64,000 nt of DNA from Treponemataceae bacterium (lineage in GTDB: Bacteria; Spirochaetota; Spirochaetia; Treponematales; Rectinemataceae): NCBI GenBank assembly GCA_963678065.2, contig CAXXVZ010000003.1, positions 1,568,001 to 1,632,000 on the forward strand, in the 5' to 3' direction. Shown here one piece after another: positions 28,457-38,498 of this stretch. Each line of letters starts with the position of its first letter. The stretch's first letter is position 1. The notes under the pieces were generated by a model. The model worked only from the letters and a program-made list of their open reading frames with translations, searched no databases and was not told the DNA's origin. Both the position numbers and the translations under genes were made by a program.

Positions 28457-29467
28457 ATGGATCAGGTCAAAGTGACGATTGCAGACATTGCCAAACGGGC
28501 TGACGTTTCAAAGACAACAGTCTCGAGGGTTCTCAACAACAAACCCGATGTCGACAGCGCGACGCGAAAACTGATACTCGGCATCATCGAAGAGACTGGC
28601 TTCGTGCCTCAGGCATCGGCCATAAAACTGGCGAAGGGAAAGACACACATGATCGGACTCCTTGTCCCTTCGCTGACGAATCCCTACAGCCTCACGGTAA
28701 TCCAGGGCGTGGCCGAGGCGATCGCGGAGACGGAATATGAACTGCTCCTCTATACGACGAGTCTCGCGGAGAAAAACCAGGAACGCTTCATGCAGAAGCT
28801 CACGCACAACCTCGCCGATGGCCTGGTCGTGCTTCTGCCAAGGAATTTCGAAGATTATGTGAATGTGCTTCCCAAGACGCATTTTCCGGTCGTTTTGATC
28901 GACCACCGGGGAGTGGGCCCCGAGTATCCCAGCATAACGGCAGCCAACCGGGCAGGCGCTTTCGAGGCGGCGAAGTACCTGATTTCCCTGGGGCATCGCC
29001 GAATCGGGTTCATCACGGGATTGATGGATTTCGGATGTTCGCGGGATCGCCTCGACGGGTATCGCGGAGCCCTTTGCGAGGCTGGCATCGAATTCGACCC
29101 CCCTCTCGTGCGAAACGGGGATTTTTCGAGACAGAGCGGGTACGCCTGTTCGATGGAGCTGCTCAAGGCGCAGGACAGGCCGAGCGCGATTTTCTGCTCG
29201 AACGACGAGATGGCTTTCGGCGCGATCGCCGCGGCCGGAGCCTTGGGTCTCAGGATTCCGGAAGATCTCTCCGTCGTAGGTTTCGACGATCTCCCCAACG
29301 CCGCTTTTTCCGTTCCCGCCCTCACGACTGTCCGGCAGCCTCTGTACGAGATGGGGCGGATCGCGGCCGATTCCCTGCTCCGTCAAATCGACGGCGAGGC
29401 CCCGCACGAAGGCGAAATTGTGCTGGAGACCAGCCTGATACTGCGAGATTCATGCGCAAAGCATTGA
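28457..29467 (+). CDS. LacI family transcriptional regulator
   Basis: TIADIAKRADVSKTTVSRVLN, LGHRRIGFI, IPEDLSVVGFDD, LTTVRQP. Confidence 0.97.
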   Translation: MDQVKVTIADIAKRADVSKTTVSRVLNNKPDVDSATRKLILGIIEETGFVPQASAIKLAKGKTHMIGLLVPSLTNPYSLTVIQGVAEAIAETEYELLLYTTSLAEKNQERFMQKLTHNLADGLVVLLPRNFEDYVNVLPKTHFPVVLIDHRGVGPEYPSITAANRAGAFEAAKYLISLGHRRIGFITGLMDFGCSRDRLDGYRGALCEAGIEFDPPLVRNGDFSRQSGYACSMELLKAQDRPSAIFCSNDEMAFGAIAAAGALGLRIPEDLSVVGFDDLPNAAFSVPALTTVRQPLYEMGRIAADSLLRQIDGEAPHEGEIVLETSLILRDSCAKH

Positions 29468-29492
29468 ATTTTCCCTATAAGGAGGGAGAGAG

Positions 29493-30782
29493 ATGAAGAG
29501 ATTCGCTGCGGTGTTCTTCTGTCTGCTGTTTGCCCTGGACGGTGCCTTCCTCGTTGCCGGCAACGCTCAGGCGACAAAAACCTTGACTGTCTGGGACATC
29601 TATCCCGAGGGAGCTCCCTTCAGGAAGGTGCTCGACGGCGCGATAGACCGTTTCAAGGCGGCCAATCCAGGTTTCAGCGTAAATGTCGTGAGTTACGGCG
29701 ACATGAACAACTACAAGACAAAATTCGCCACCATGATGGCCGCAGGCGCGAGGGATGTCGACATTTTCCAGACATGGGGCGGCGGCCAGCTGGCCACCTA
29801 CGCGCGCCGGGGACAGGTACTCAATCTCACGCCTGCCATGAAAAAGGATGACTGGAGCGCGCGATTCTCCGACGCAGCCCTCGACTTCGTCACGGCGGAC
29901 GATATGATCTGGGGCGTCCCGGTGGAGCTGGCCAACGTCCTCTTCTATTACAACAAACCGATGTTCGCGAAATACGGCATCAAGGTCCCGACCACCTTCG
30001 ACGAGCTCCTTTCCGCCTGCCAGACCCTGAAAAGCAACGGAATCATCCCGATAGCCCTCTCGCTCAACAAGGCGGAGTGGGTAGGTGACCTCTTCTACCA
30101 GTATCTCGTGACGCGGATCGGCGGGCTCGACCCCTTCCGCAAGGCCATCGCCCGCGAGCCGGGTGGAACCTTCAAGGATCCGGCCTTCATCGAAGCGGCC
30201 AGGCTTTTGCAGAAAATGGTCGACACAGGCTGCTTCCAGGAGGGATTCCTCGGCGCGGAGTATGCCTCCATGCGACAGCTGCTCGCCCAGGAAAAGGCCG
30301 GAATGATCCTCATGGGATCATGGCTGCCCGGCCAGCTCGCGACCGAAGCTCCCGCCTTCCTCCCCAAAATGGACTATTTCCGCTTCCCGATGGTCTCTGG
30401 CGGCAAGGGCAGGATCACGGACGTCGTGGGCGGCACGAACGCCGCATTTGCGGTCACGAAAACCTCCAAGTACCAGAACGAAGCCCTGGCTTTAGTCAAG
30501 GAGTTTTCCTCCGAGAAGACGGCTGCCGATGTGCTGAACGTGGCGAAACGGCTTCCGGCCGTGAAGTACAGCTACGATCCGGCGAATGTCGCGCCGCTCA
30601 CCATCAAGGTGGCCAACGAGTTGAACAACTCGACCGGCATCCAGCTGTATTACGACCAATCCTCGACGCCGAGCGTCGCGCAGACCCACCTCTCCGGCAT
30701 AGCGGCCCTGTATGCGAAGACGACGACACCGGAAAAGATGGTCGCGGAGTGGGAAGCCGCGGCTGAAAAAGAACTGAAGTGA
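29493..30782 (+). CDS. Sugar ABC transporter substrate-binding protein (CUT1)
   Basis: Signal peptide; DIFQTWGGG, YYNK.MF.KYG..VP.T.DEL, M..MGSW. Confidence 0.9.
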   Translation: MKRFAAVFFCLLFALDGAFLVAGNAQATKTLTVWDIYPEGAPFRKVLDGAIDRFKAANPGFSVNVVSYGDMNNYKTKFATMMAAGARDVDIFQTWGGGQLATYARRGQVLNLTPAMKKDDWSARFSDAALDFVTADDMIWGVPVELANVLFYYNKPMFAKYGIKVPTTFDELLSACQTLKSNGIIPIALSLNKAEWVGDLFYQYLVTRIGGLDPFRKAIAREPGGTFKDPAFIEAARLLQKMVDTGCFQEGFLGAEYASMRQLLAQEKAGMILMGSWLPGQLATEAPAFLPKMDYFRFPMVSGGKGRITDVVGGTNAAFAVTKTSKYQNEALALVKEFSSEKTAADVLNVAKRLPAVKYSYDPANVAPLTIKVANELNNSTGIQLYYDQSSTPSVAQTHLSGIAALYAKTTTPEKMVAEWEAAAEKELK

Positions 30783-30792
30783 GGTCAGTGAC

Positions 30793-31716
30793 ATGACAAT
30801 GCGACGCCGGATTTCAGGCGACACCCTATCGACAGTGACGCTGTTCCTGATCCCGGCGTTCGCACTGTACATGCTCATGATCGTCATCCCTGTATTCCAG
30901 TCCTTCAGGTTCAGCCTCTACCGTTGGGATGGCTTGGGTCCCCTGACCAGATTCATAGGCGGGGGGAACTATCTGGAGCTTCTGGGCGATCCCGTCTTCT
31001 GGAAATCCTTCCAGAACAACATCATCCTTTTGGTGTTTTCCCTCGTGACCCAGATGCCCTGTGCCATCCTCCTCGCCGTCCTTCTGACCGGCAAAATCCG
31101 GATGAAAAGCTTTTTCAGGACGACGTTTTTCGCCCCGCAGATCATATCGACCGTCGCGACAGGCTACCTGTTCTACTACATCTACGAACCGACCTTCGGC
31201 CTCCTGAACCAGCTGCTCAGGGCTCTCAATCTCGGGCAGTTTGCGAAAGGATGGCTCGGAGACACGCACCTGGCCCTCTATGCGGTGCTCTTAGTCATCA
31301 GCTGGCGATTCGTCGGCTTCTATATGGTGCTGTTCATGGCCTCCATCGAAGGGATTCCGACGGAGCTTTTCGAGGCCGCCACCATGGACGGCTGCAGCAA
31401 ATGGATGACTGTCAGAAAAATAACCCTGCCGCTGCTTCGCGGCACCATCAAGACGGCCTGCGTCCTGTCCATCGTGGGATCCATCAAGTATTTCGACCTG
31501 ATCTGGATAATGACGGCCGGAGGCCCCGCCCACTCGAGCGACCTGATCGCGACCTACATGTACAAAAAAACCTTCCTCTCCTGGGAGGTCGGCTATGGCT
31601 CGGCCCTCGCCTTCACCCTGTTCGCGATCGCGTTCATCCTGTCGACCGTCTTCATGCGTTTCACGTCGAAGGACGGGACCGAGGCGCCACCGCGCCCCAG
31701 GGGCGGGCTGAAATGA
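30793..31716 (+). CDS. Sugar ABC transporter permease
   Basis: FIG..NY..L..DPVFW; EAA loop ELFEAATMDG. Confidence 0.92.
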   Translation: MTMRRRISGDTLSTVTLFLIPAFALYMLMIVIPVFQSFRFSLYRWDGLGPLTRFIGGGNYLELLGDPVFWKSFQNNIILLVFSLVTQMPCAILLAVLLTGKIRMKSFFRTTFFAPQIISTVATGYLFYYIYEPTFGLLNQLLRALNLGQFAKGWLGDTHLALYAVLLVISWRFVGFYMVLFMASIEGIPTELFEAATMDGCSKWMTVRKITLPLLRGTIKTACVLSIVGSIKYFDLIWIMTAGGPAHSSDLIATYMYKKTFLSWEVGYGSALAFTLFAIAFILSTVFMRFTSKDGTEAPPRPRGGLK

Positions 31717-32567
31717 GCCGCGCCGCATCGCCCGAGGTCAGGGACTCGAGCCTTCTCGGAAAGACTGCCCTCTATGCCTTCCTTGCAATCTGTCTCTTCT
31801 TCACGGCCTTTCCGCTCGTCTGGCTTTTCTACAGCTCGTTCAAGACGCAAACGGAGATTTTTGCCAACGTCTTCTCCCTTCCGGGAAGACCGGATTTTGG
31901 AAATTTTCTCCACATCTGGGGATCGAGCAGCTTCCCCCGCTATTACCTGAACAGCGTCTTCGTGTCCTGCGCCTCCGTGCTGGGAATACTCGCGATTTCT
32001 ACCTCCGCGGGCTATGTGTTCGCGCGGATACGGTTCCGGTACAGGGAAACCCTGTTCTATTTCCTCATCGCCGGCATGATGGTTCCCTTCCAGGTGACCC
32101 TCGTCCCGAATTTCGTCTTTCTGAGGGACATCGGCCTTCTGGACAGCTACTGGGCCATGATCCTGCCCTACATCGCCTTCCAGATACCTGTTTCGGTCTT
32201 CATCATGAGGGGATTCTTCAGGGAACTGCCGGTCGAGCTGGAGGATGCGGCCCTCATCGATGGCTGCGGGAAGAAGGGAATCTTCTTCAGGATCATGCTC
32301 CCCCTGGCAAAACCCGCGGTGAGCACGATCCTTATCTACAACTTCTTCGCCGTCTGGAACGAGTTGATTTTCGCCCTCACCTTCACGAACTCGAAGGAAT
32401 TCAGAACCATTCCCGTGGGAATCATGGATTTCGTGGGACAGTTCGAAGCGGATTACGGCTATATTTTCGCCGCCTTGTCGTCGGCGAGCATACCGCTTCT
32501 GGTCGTCTACTTCCTGGCGCAAAAGCAGATAATAAAAGGTTTGACCGCCGGGGCGGTCAAAGGATGA
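31713..32567 (+). CDS. Sugar ABC transporter permease
   Basis: ELEDAALIDG, WNE..FAL, QKQIIKGLTAGAVKG. Confidence 0.92.
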   Translation: MSRAASPEVRDSSLLGKTALYAFLAICLFFTAFPLVWLFYSSFKTQTEIFANVFSLPGRPDFGNFLHIWGSSSFPRYYLNSVFVSCASVLGILAISTSAGYVFARIRFRYRETLFYFLIAGMMVPFQVTLVPNFVFLRDIGLLDSYWAMILPYIAFQIPVSVFIMRGFFRELPVELEDAALIDGCGKKGIFFRIMLPLAKPAVSTILIYNFFAVWNELIFALTFTNSKEFRTIPVGIMDFVGQFEADYGYIFAALSSASIPLLVVYFLAQKQIIKGLTAGAVKG

Positions 32568-32585
32568 GGGTCTTCAGGGGTTTGT

Positions 32586-34784
32586 ATGCTTGAAAAAAGA
32601 AAAATGACGTACTCGGATCTCGTTTCGATGAAAATCGAGGACAGGAAGGTTCTGGCCCGGAGGCTTCTCGCCGAGAAAGATCCAGGCGCAGGCGCCGAAC
32701 ACCTTGCGCGGGAATGGGGGCGATTCGAAGATCTGTCTGCCGGTGGCGGCTCGGAGGAGGAGGCGGATCGCGAGGTCGAAAAACTCCTTTCCACAATGAG
32801 CCTGCGCCAGAAAGTGGGCCAGATGACGCCCGACACGACTATAGAAGAATACGTTCCAGCCTGCATAAAGTACAACGATACGCCCTATATCGCCGGCGAG
32901 GATCTCGATCTGGAAATTCCCGGCGTAAAGTTCACCGACGGGCCGTCAGGCGTCGTGATGGGAAATTCCTCGACCTGCTTCCCGGTCTCCATAGCGCGAG
33001 GTGCCAGCTGGGACCCGGAACTGGAGCGCGAAATCGGCGAGGCGATCGGGAAAGAGGCGAAGAGTCTCGGAGCCAATCTCTTCGCCGGCGTCTGCGTCAA
33101 CCTTCTGCGGCACCCGGCCTGGGGGAGGTCCCAGGAAACCTACGGAGAGGATCCGCACCTTCTCGGCATCATGGGCTCGGCTCTCGTCGGGGGGGTGCAG
33201 AAACACGTCATGGCCTGCGTGAAGCACTTCGCCCTCAACAGCATGGAGAACGCCAGGTACAAGGTCGATGTGGAGCTGGACGAGCGTTCCTTGCGGGAAC
33301 TGTACCTCCCTCATTTCAAGGCCTGCGTCGACTCAGGCGCAGCCGCGGTCATGACGGCCTACAACAAGTTTCGCGGCGAATATTGCGGCCAGAACGAGTA
33401 CCTCATCCGGAAGATCCTGAAAGAGGAGTGGGGTTTCGAGGGATTCGTCATCTCCGACTTCGTCTTCGGCATCCGCGACGGGAAAAAAGCGCTGCTCGCC
33501 GGCATGGATATCGAAATGCCGATACCCGGTCACTATGGAGATAACCTCGTCGGCCTCGTGGAGGGCGGCGAGGTTCCTGAGTCCCTGGTCGACGAAGCCG
33601 CGGCGAGAATCCTGAAGACGAAAATCCGCTTCGCCGCAAAACTGAGCGGGAATCCCGCCGACACGGCTCTGCCGGGCTGCCCCGAACACGCTGCGATAGC
33701 CAGGCGGGCCGCCCTGGAATCCGCCGTGCTCCTCAAAAACGAAGGCGCCTTTCTGCCCTTCGATGCCTCTTCCCAGAAGAAAATAGCCGTCGTGGGAGCC
33801 CTGGCGGCCACTCCCAATATCGGCGACATGAAAGGTTCGAGCAGGGTCTATCCCCCCTACGTGATCACCGCCCTGGATGGTCTTCGCGACAGAGTCGGAG
33901 AGGGCGTGGAAGTCGCCTACTCCGACGGCGAGGATGGGGTTGAACTGGCTGCGGCGCTGGAGGGCGCGGATGCAGTCCTCGTGATCGCGGGACTGACTTC
34001 CGACAACGAGGGCGAGTACATACCGCACTGGAACTCCGGATGCGGGGGAGACAGGACAGACCTCGGCCTGAAAGCGACGGATATCGCCATGATCGAGAAA
34101 ATCTGCGCGGGTTGCGACAGGGTCGCCGTCGTCCTTCAGGGTGGCGGCGCCATCATGACCTCGCCCTGGGAGACTTCAGTCCGGGCGATTCTGATGACCT
34201 GGTATCCGGGGATGGAGGGCGGCGCCGCCCTGGCACAGATACTCTACGGAGACTACAATCCCTCGGGCAAACTGCCCGTGACCATTCCCCGCTCATACGG
34301 GCAGCTTCCGCCCTTCGACCGCGACGCCGAGCGGGTGCAATACGGGTTTTATCACGGCTACTTTCTCGCGGACCGCGAGGCATTCCCGGTCGCCTGGCAT
34401 TTCGGCTTCGGCCTCAGCTACACGAGCTATGAATATTCCGGTCTTGCGATATCCGACTCCGGCCCCGGAGAGGACGATGAAATCATCATCTCCGTACGTA
34501 TCCGTAATACGGGTTCCCGCTTCGGGGAAGAGATCGTTCAGATCTATGTCGGCTGCGAGCGATCGGCGGTTCTTCGCCACGTGAAGGACCTGAAAGCTTT
34601 TGGAAGGGTCGGAATACAGGCTGGTGAAACAGTCGATTTTTCCTGCCCTCTGCGAATCCGTGACCTCGCGTATTACGACGAAGCCGGGAAGCGTTGGATT
34701 GTCGAAAAAACCAGGTACCGGATATATGTCGGATCCTCGTCCAGGGACGAAGATCTGCTCTCGATGAGTATGACCGTGCGATAA
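32586..34784 (+). CDS. Glycoside hydrolase family 3 (cytoplasmic beta-glycosidase)
   Basis: DGPSG, WGRSQETYGEDP, KHF, VMTAYN, VISDF (nucleophile), VLLKN, NPSGKLP, FGFGLSYT, Fn3-like C-terminus; no signal peptide. Confidence 0.93.
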   Translation: MLEKRKMTYSDLVSMKIEDRKVLARRLLAEKDPGAGAEHLAREWGRFEDLSAGGGSEEEADREVEKLLSTMSLRQKVGQMTPDTTIEEYVPACIKYNDTPYIAGEDLDLEIPGVKFTDGPSGVVMGNSSTCFPVSIARGASWDPELEREIGEAIGKEAKSLGANLFAGVCVNLLRHPAWGRSQETYGEDPHLLGIMGSALVGGVQKHVMACVKHFALNSMENARYKVDVELDERSLRELYLPHFKACVDSGAAAVMTAYNKFRGEYCGQNEYLIRKILKEEWGFEGFVISDFVFGIRDGKKALLAGMDIEMPIPGHYGDNLVGLVEGGEVPESLVDEAAARILKTKIRFAAKLSGNPADTALPGCPEHAAIARRAALESAVLLKNEGAFLPFDASSQKKIAVVGALAATPNIGDMKGSSRVYPPYVITALDGLRDRVGEGVEVAYSDGEDGVELAAALEGADAVLVIAGLTSDNEGEYIPHWNSGCGGDRTDLGLKATDIAMIEKICAGCDRVAVVLQGGGAIMTSPWETSVRAILMTWYPGMEGGAALAQILYGDYNPSGKLPVTIPRSYGQLPPFDRDAERVQYGFYHGYFLADREAFPVAWHFGFGLSYTSYEYSGLAISDSGPGEDDEIIISVRIRNTGSRFGEEIVQIYVGCERSAVLRHVKDLKAFGRVGIQAGETVDFSCPLRIRDLAYYDEAGKRWIVEKTRYRIYVGSSSRDEDLLSMSMTVR

Positions 34785-34809
34785 TGCGCATATTCCGATG
34801 GAGGATTTC

Positions 34810-36090
34810 ATGAAAACAATCAAAGAGGGTGGCCACAGGCTTTTCGAAAAGGATGCACAAACCGCAGCGACCGTATCCGCGATGCTGCTCGACCTCGAGA
34901 AAAACGGCATGGACGCGGTCCGGGCCTACAGCAAAAAATTCGACGGCTGGGAGCCCTCCAGCTTCGAGATGACGGGAAAGCAGATCGACGATGCAATCTC
35001 CAGCCTGCCGCGCCAGATCCTCGAGGACACGGAGTTTTGCCAGGACAATGTCAGACGCTTCGCGCAAGCCCAGCTCGCGACCATGAGCGATCTTGAAATC
35101 GAACTCCGCCCCGGCGTGATTCTGGGGCACAGGCACATACCCGTGAACGCGGTGGGAAGCTACATTCCCGGCGGCCGCTACCCCATGTTCGGCTCCGCCC
35201 AGATGAGCATCATCCCCGCCAAGGTGGCCGGCGTAAAAACCGTGATCGCCTGCACACCGCCGGCCAAGGGCGCGGGCTGTTATCCGGCTACGGTAAACGC
35301 GATGAGGGCCGCGGGCGCCGACCGCATTTTCATTCTCGGCGGCGTCCCCGCCTTCGCGCTCATGGCCTTCGGAATGGGCGTCGTCGAGCCCGTCGACATC
35401 CTCTGCGGGGCGGGAAACCGCTTCGTGGCCGAGGCCAAGCGCCAACTCTTCGGACGCTGCGGCATCGACCTGCTCGCCGGCCCCACCGAAATCCTCGTCA
35501 TCGCGGACGACAGCGCCGATCCATCCCTCGTGGCCTGCGACCTTCTGGGGCAGGCCGAACACGACCCGAATAGCGGCATATGCCTCGTCGCCCTTGGCGA
35601 GGATTTCGCCCACCGGACGATCGAAGAGGTGGAGAAGCAGCTGGCCAGTCTCCCGACGCGCGACGTGGCCGCCGTCTCGTGGGCGGACAACGGAATCGTA
35701 TATGCCGCACAGTCGCCCGACGAGGCGATACGGATAAGCGACGACTACGCGCCCGAGCATCTGGAGCTCCATTGCGCGGACAACGCCTATTATCAGTCGC
35801 GTCTCACGAATTACGGCTCGCTCTTCGTCGGCGAGGAGACGACGGTCGCCTACGGCGACAAGACGATCGGCACGAACCACATCCTGCCGACGAGCCGCTC
35901 CGCCCGCTACACAGGCGGAGTCTGGGTGGGAAAATTCCTGAAAACCTGCACCTATCAGCGCTGCACGCCCGCGGCGAGCCGGCTCATAGGCGAGGTGACG
36001 GAGCGTCAGTGCATCGCCGAGAACATGCTGGCCCACGGGATAAGTGCCCGCGTTCGCATGGAACGCTACGCAGGATCGGAGCGGCCATGA
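34810..36090 (+). CDS. Histidinol dehydrogenase paralog (HpsN-related, substrate unknown)
   Basis: YIPGGRYP, AGPTEILVIAD, QAEH, PEHLE, GSLFVGEETTVAYGDK.IGTNH.LPT. It has GDK where canonical HisD has GDY, and no other his genes are nearby. Confidence 0.85.
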   Translation: MKTIKEGGHRLFEKDAQTAATVSAMLLDLEKNGMDAVRAYSKKFDGWEPSSFEMTGKQIDDAISSLPRQILEDTEFCQDNVRRFAQAQLATMSDLEIELRPGVILGHRHIPVNAVGSYIPGGRYPMFGSAQMSIIPAKVAGVKTVIACTPPAKGAGCYPATVNAMRAAGADRIFILGGVPAFALMAFGMGVVEPVDILCGAGNRFVAEAKRQLFGRCGIDLLAGPTEILVIADDSADPSLVACDLLGQAEHDPNSGICLVALGEDFAHRTIEEVEKQLASLPTRDVAAVSWADNGIVYAAQSPDEAIRISDDYAPEHLELHCADNAYYQSRLTNYGSLFVGEETTVAYGDKTIGTNHILPTSRSARYTGGVWVGKFLKTCTYQRCTPAASRLIGEVTERQCIAENMLAHGISARVRMERYAGSERP

Positions 36091-36848
36091 AAACCCTGTT
36101 CCGTTCGGAGGGAAAGAACGCCCTCGTGACCGGCGCGGCCACGGGACTGGGTCAGGCGATCGCGAGGACCCTGGCGGAGCAGGGCGCGAATGTAGTGATC
36201 TCCGACAAGCCGGGCGTGAGCCTCGCCCGGACACGGAGCATGGTCGAGGAGCAGGGAGTCCGCGTTCTGGAAGTGGAGATGGACGTCCGCGACGCAGGCC
36301 AGATCGAATCGGGCACCCGCGCGGCCCTGTCCGGATTCGGCCGCATCGACATTCTGGTGAACAATGCCGGCATCAACCGGCCGACGAAGGGACTCGATGT
36401 CGGACTGGATAATTGGGACGATCACTTCCACACGAACGTGCGCGGCGGATTTTTCGTGGCCCAGAAACTCGCTCCGGAGATGATCGGAAATGGCTGGGGC
36501 CGGATCATTTTCATCTCGAGCCAGTCTGGCCTCGTCGGCATCCCGGGGCAGCCGGTGTACTGCTCCACAAAGGGGGCGATCATCCAGCTCGTGCGGACGC
36601 TCGGCGTCGAATGGGCCACATACGGAATCACCGTGAACTCAGTCGCGCCGACCTTCGTCGAAACGAATCTGACGCGCACAAGGCTGCAGAATCCGGAATT
36701 CCGCGCCTTCGTCCTCGGGAAGATTCCGGTGGGCAGACTCGCCCTCCCGGAGGAAGTGTCAGCAGCCGTGGCCTTCCTCGCCAGCGAAGAAGCCGCCATG
36801 GTCAACTGCGCGACCCTCCCCGTCGACGGAGGATGGACGGCCTGGTGA
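36087..36848 (+). CDS. Short-chain dehydrogenase/reductase
   Basis: TGAATGLG, NNAG, YCSTK, VDGGW; ATGA overlap with the HisD paralog. Confidence 0.92.
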   Translation: MKTLFRSEGKNALVTGAATGLGQAIARTLAEQGANVVISDKPGVSLARTRSMVEEQGVRVLEVEMDVRDAGQIESGTRAALSGFGRIDILVNNAGINRPTKGLDVGLDNWDDHFHTNVRGGFFVAQKLAPEMIGNGWGRIIFISSQSGLVGIPGQPVYCSTKGAIIQLVRTLGVEWATYGITVNSVAPTFVETNLTRTRLQNPEFRAFVLGKIPVGRLALPEEVSAAVAFLASEEAAMVNCATLPVDGGWTAW

Positions 36849-36918
36849 GGGAGGCGAGCGGCCGGACACTACCCCGCAGGACGGGTTGTTGAAATGCTTC
36901 GAGTATTTCGACAACCTG

Positions 36919-37137
36919 TCAGGGCTTGCTTCCGATGAGGGTGATGTTGAAGCCGGTCTGGTAGCGTTCGTGACTTTCCGGGTTTTCAATCTTGGTGTTG
37001 GCGTAGTAGCCCACCGATCCGGAGGCGAATTGTTTTTCCGTGGCGACGATTTTTCCCCAGAGGGCTCCGTCGGGTCCGGTAACGGTGAGTTCGAGGAACT
37101 TCGGGGCTTTGGGGTCGGTCTTTTTCGGGTCTGGCAT
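36919..37137 (-). CDS. Small hypothetical protein (72 aa)
   Basis: SD AAGGAG; protein-like composition with KQFASGSVGYY and YQ...NITLIGSK. Confidence 0.7.
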   Translation of the reverse strand: MPDPKKTDPKAPKFLELTVTGPDGALWGKIVATEKQFASGSVGYYANTKIENPESHERYQTGFNITLIGSKP

Positions 37138-37277
37138 GCGGCGCTCCTTGTCAGAGTATACGACTGACTATAGGGAGAAGGGCATCCGTGGGCAAGTAGT
37201 GAGGGAAACTGACCCGGACTCACCTTTGTGGACACCTTCGTATCAGGCAGAGCGTGCGAGTAAAGAAAACCATACGT

Positions 37278-38429
37278 CTACCACTCTGCCAATGATCCAT
37301 CCTCGTACTCGACGTGCGGGGTATCCCAGGCTCCGTCATAGCTGTTCGCGCGCACGAGATCCTCGTCCACCTCAATTCCCAGACCTGCGCCTCCGGGGAC
37401 GGCAATATAGCCCTTTTCAAGTTTGAAGGGAGTTTTCAGAAGGCCGATGCCCAGATCCGCGCCGCTCTCCATCGCGGGGAACTCCTGGATCAGGAAGTTG
37501 GGCGTGCAGGCGTCGAGTTGGAGGCAGGACGCAAGGGAGATGGGACCGAGCGGATTGTGGGGAGCGAAGGCTACGCCATAGACTTCTGCCATCGCGGCGA
37601 TTTTGCGCAATTCGAATATGCCGCCGGCGTGGCAGGTGTCGGGCTGTGCCACTGCGATTGCCTGCTTCTCGAAAAGTTGCCTGAATCCCCAGCGGGTAAA
37701 TTTTCTCTCCCCCGAGGCGACCGGGATGCTCGTGCTCCGCGCGACCATGGCGATTTCTTCGGTATTGTCGGGGAGGCAGGGCTCCTCGATGAACATCGGG
37801 TAGTGGGGCTCGAGGGCCTTGGCAAGTCGTACGGACATGGCGGGACTTATCCTTCCGTGGAAATCCACGGCTATGTCCACCTCTTTCCCTACTACCTCTC
37901 GCAAAGAGACGAAGCGCTTCACCTCCGCCTCTATGAATGATTGTGTGTCGATGTGGCGGACCGGGGCTGCCGGGGCATACTTGATCGCGGTGTACCCATC
38001 TTCCTTGCGGGAACGGGCGGAAGCGAGCATGTCGTCCCAGGTTATCCCACCGATATCGCCATAGGTCTTGATGTGGCCGTACATGCGGATCCTGTCCCTG
38101 ACGCGGCCTCCGAGCATTTCGTATACCGGCATTCCATAGCATTTACCCTTGATGTCCCAGAGAGCTTGCTCGATTCCGCTGATCGCGCTTGTGAGGACGG
38201 GGCCGCCACGATAGAAGGTACCGCGATACATCCGCTGCCAGAGGGATTCGATACGGAAAGGATCGGAACCGATCAACACCGGCTCGAGTTCGGCGATTGC
38301 GGCTGCGACCGTGCGCGCACGGCCTTCAACGATCGGTTCCCCCCACCCGACCACGCCTCCGTCGGTCGAAACCTTGAGGAACAGCCATCGCGGTTTTACA
38401 TGGAAACATTCGAGTCGGGTAATTTTCAT
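37278..38429 (-). CDS. dgoD: Galactonate dehydratase-like enolase superfamily acid-sugar dehydratase
   Basis: MKIT......PRWLFLKV.TD.G..GWGEP, FYRGGP, DFHGR, FIEEP, GER, QPD, APHNPLGP, DGSLAEW. Confidence 0.9.
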   Translation of the reverse strand: MKITRLECFHVKPRWLFLKVSTDGGVVGWGEPIVEGRARTVAAAIAELEPVLIGSDPFRIESLWQRMYRGTFYRGGPVLTSAISGIEQALWDIKGKCYGMPVYEMLGGRVRDRIRMYGHIKTYGDIGGITWDDMLASARSRKEDGYTAIKYAPAAPVRHIDTQSFIEAEVKRFVSLREVVGKEVDIAVDFHGRISPAMSVRLAKALEPHYPMFIEEPCLPDNTEEIAMVARSTSIPVASGERKFTRWGFRQLFEKQAIAVAQPDTCHAGGIFELRKIAAMAEVYGVAFAPHNPLGPISLASCLQLDACTPNFLIQEFPAMESGADLGIGLLKTPFKLEKGYIAVPGGAGLGIEVDEDLVRANSYDGAWDTPHVEYEDGSLAEW

Positions 38430-38457
38430 ACAATGCACCTCGTGAGTTTTATCGTCT

Positions 38458-38489
38458 ATCCGCGAGTGGCATCGATGCCACTCGCGGAT
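38458..38489. repeat. Perfect 32-bp intergenic palindrome
   Basis: ATCCGCGAGTGGCATCGATGCCACTCGCGGAT between the permease and dgoD; no U-tract. Confidence 0.85.
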
Positions 38490-38498
38490 GCAGGATGT

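Noticed and set aside
34810..36090. Calling this gene hisD or hpsN
   Set aside because: The motifs diverge from HisD and there is no his or sulfonate gene context, so the symbol is withheld.
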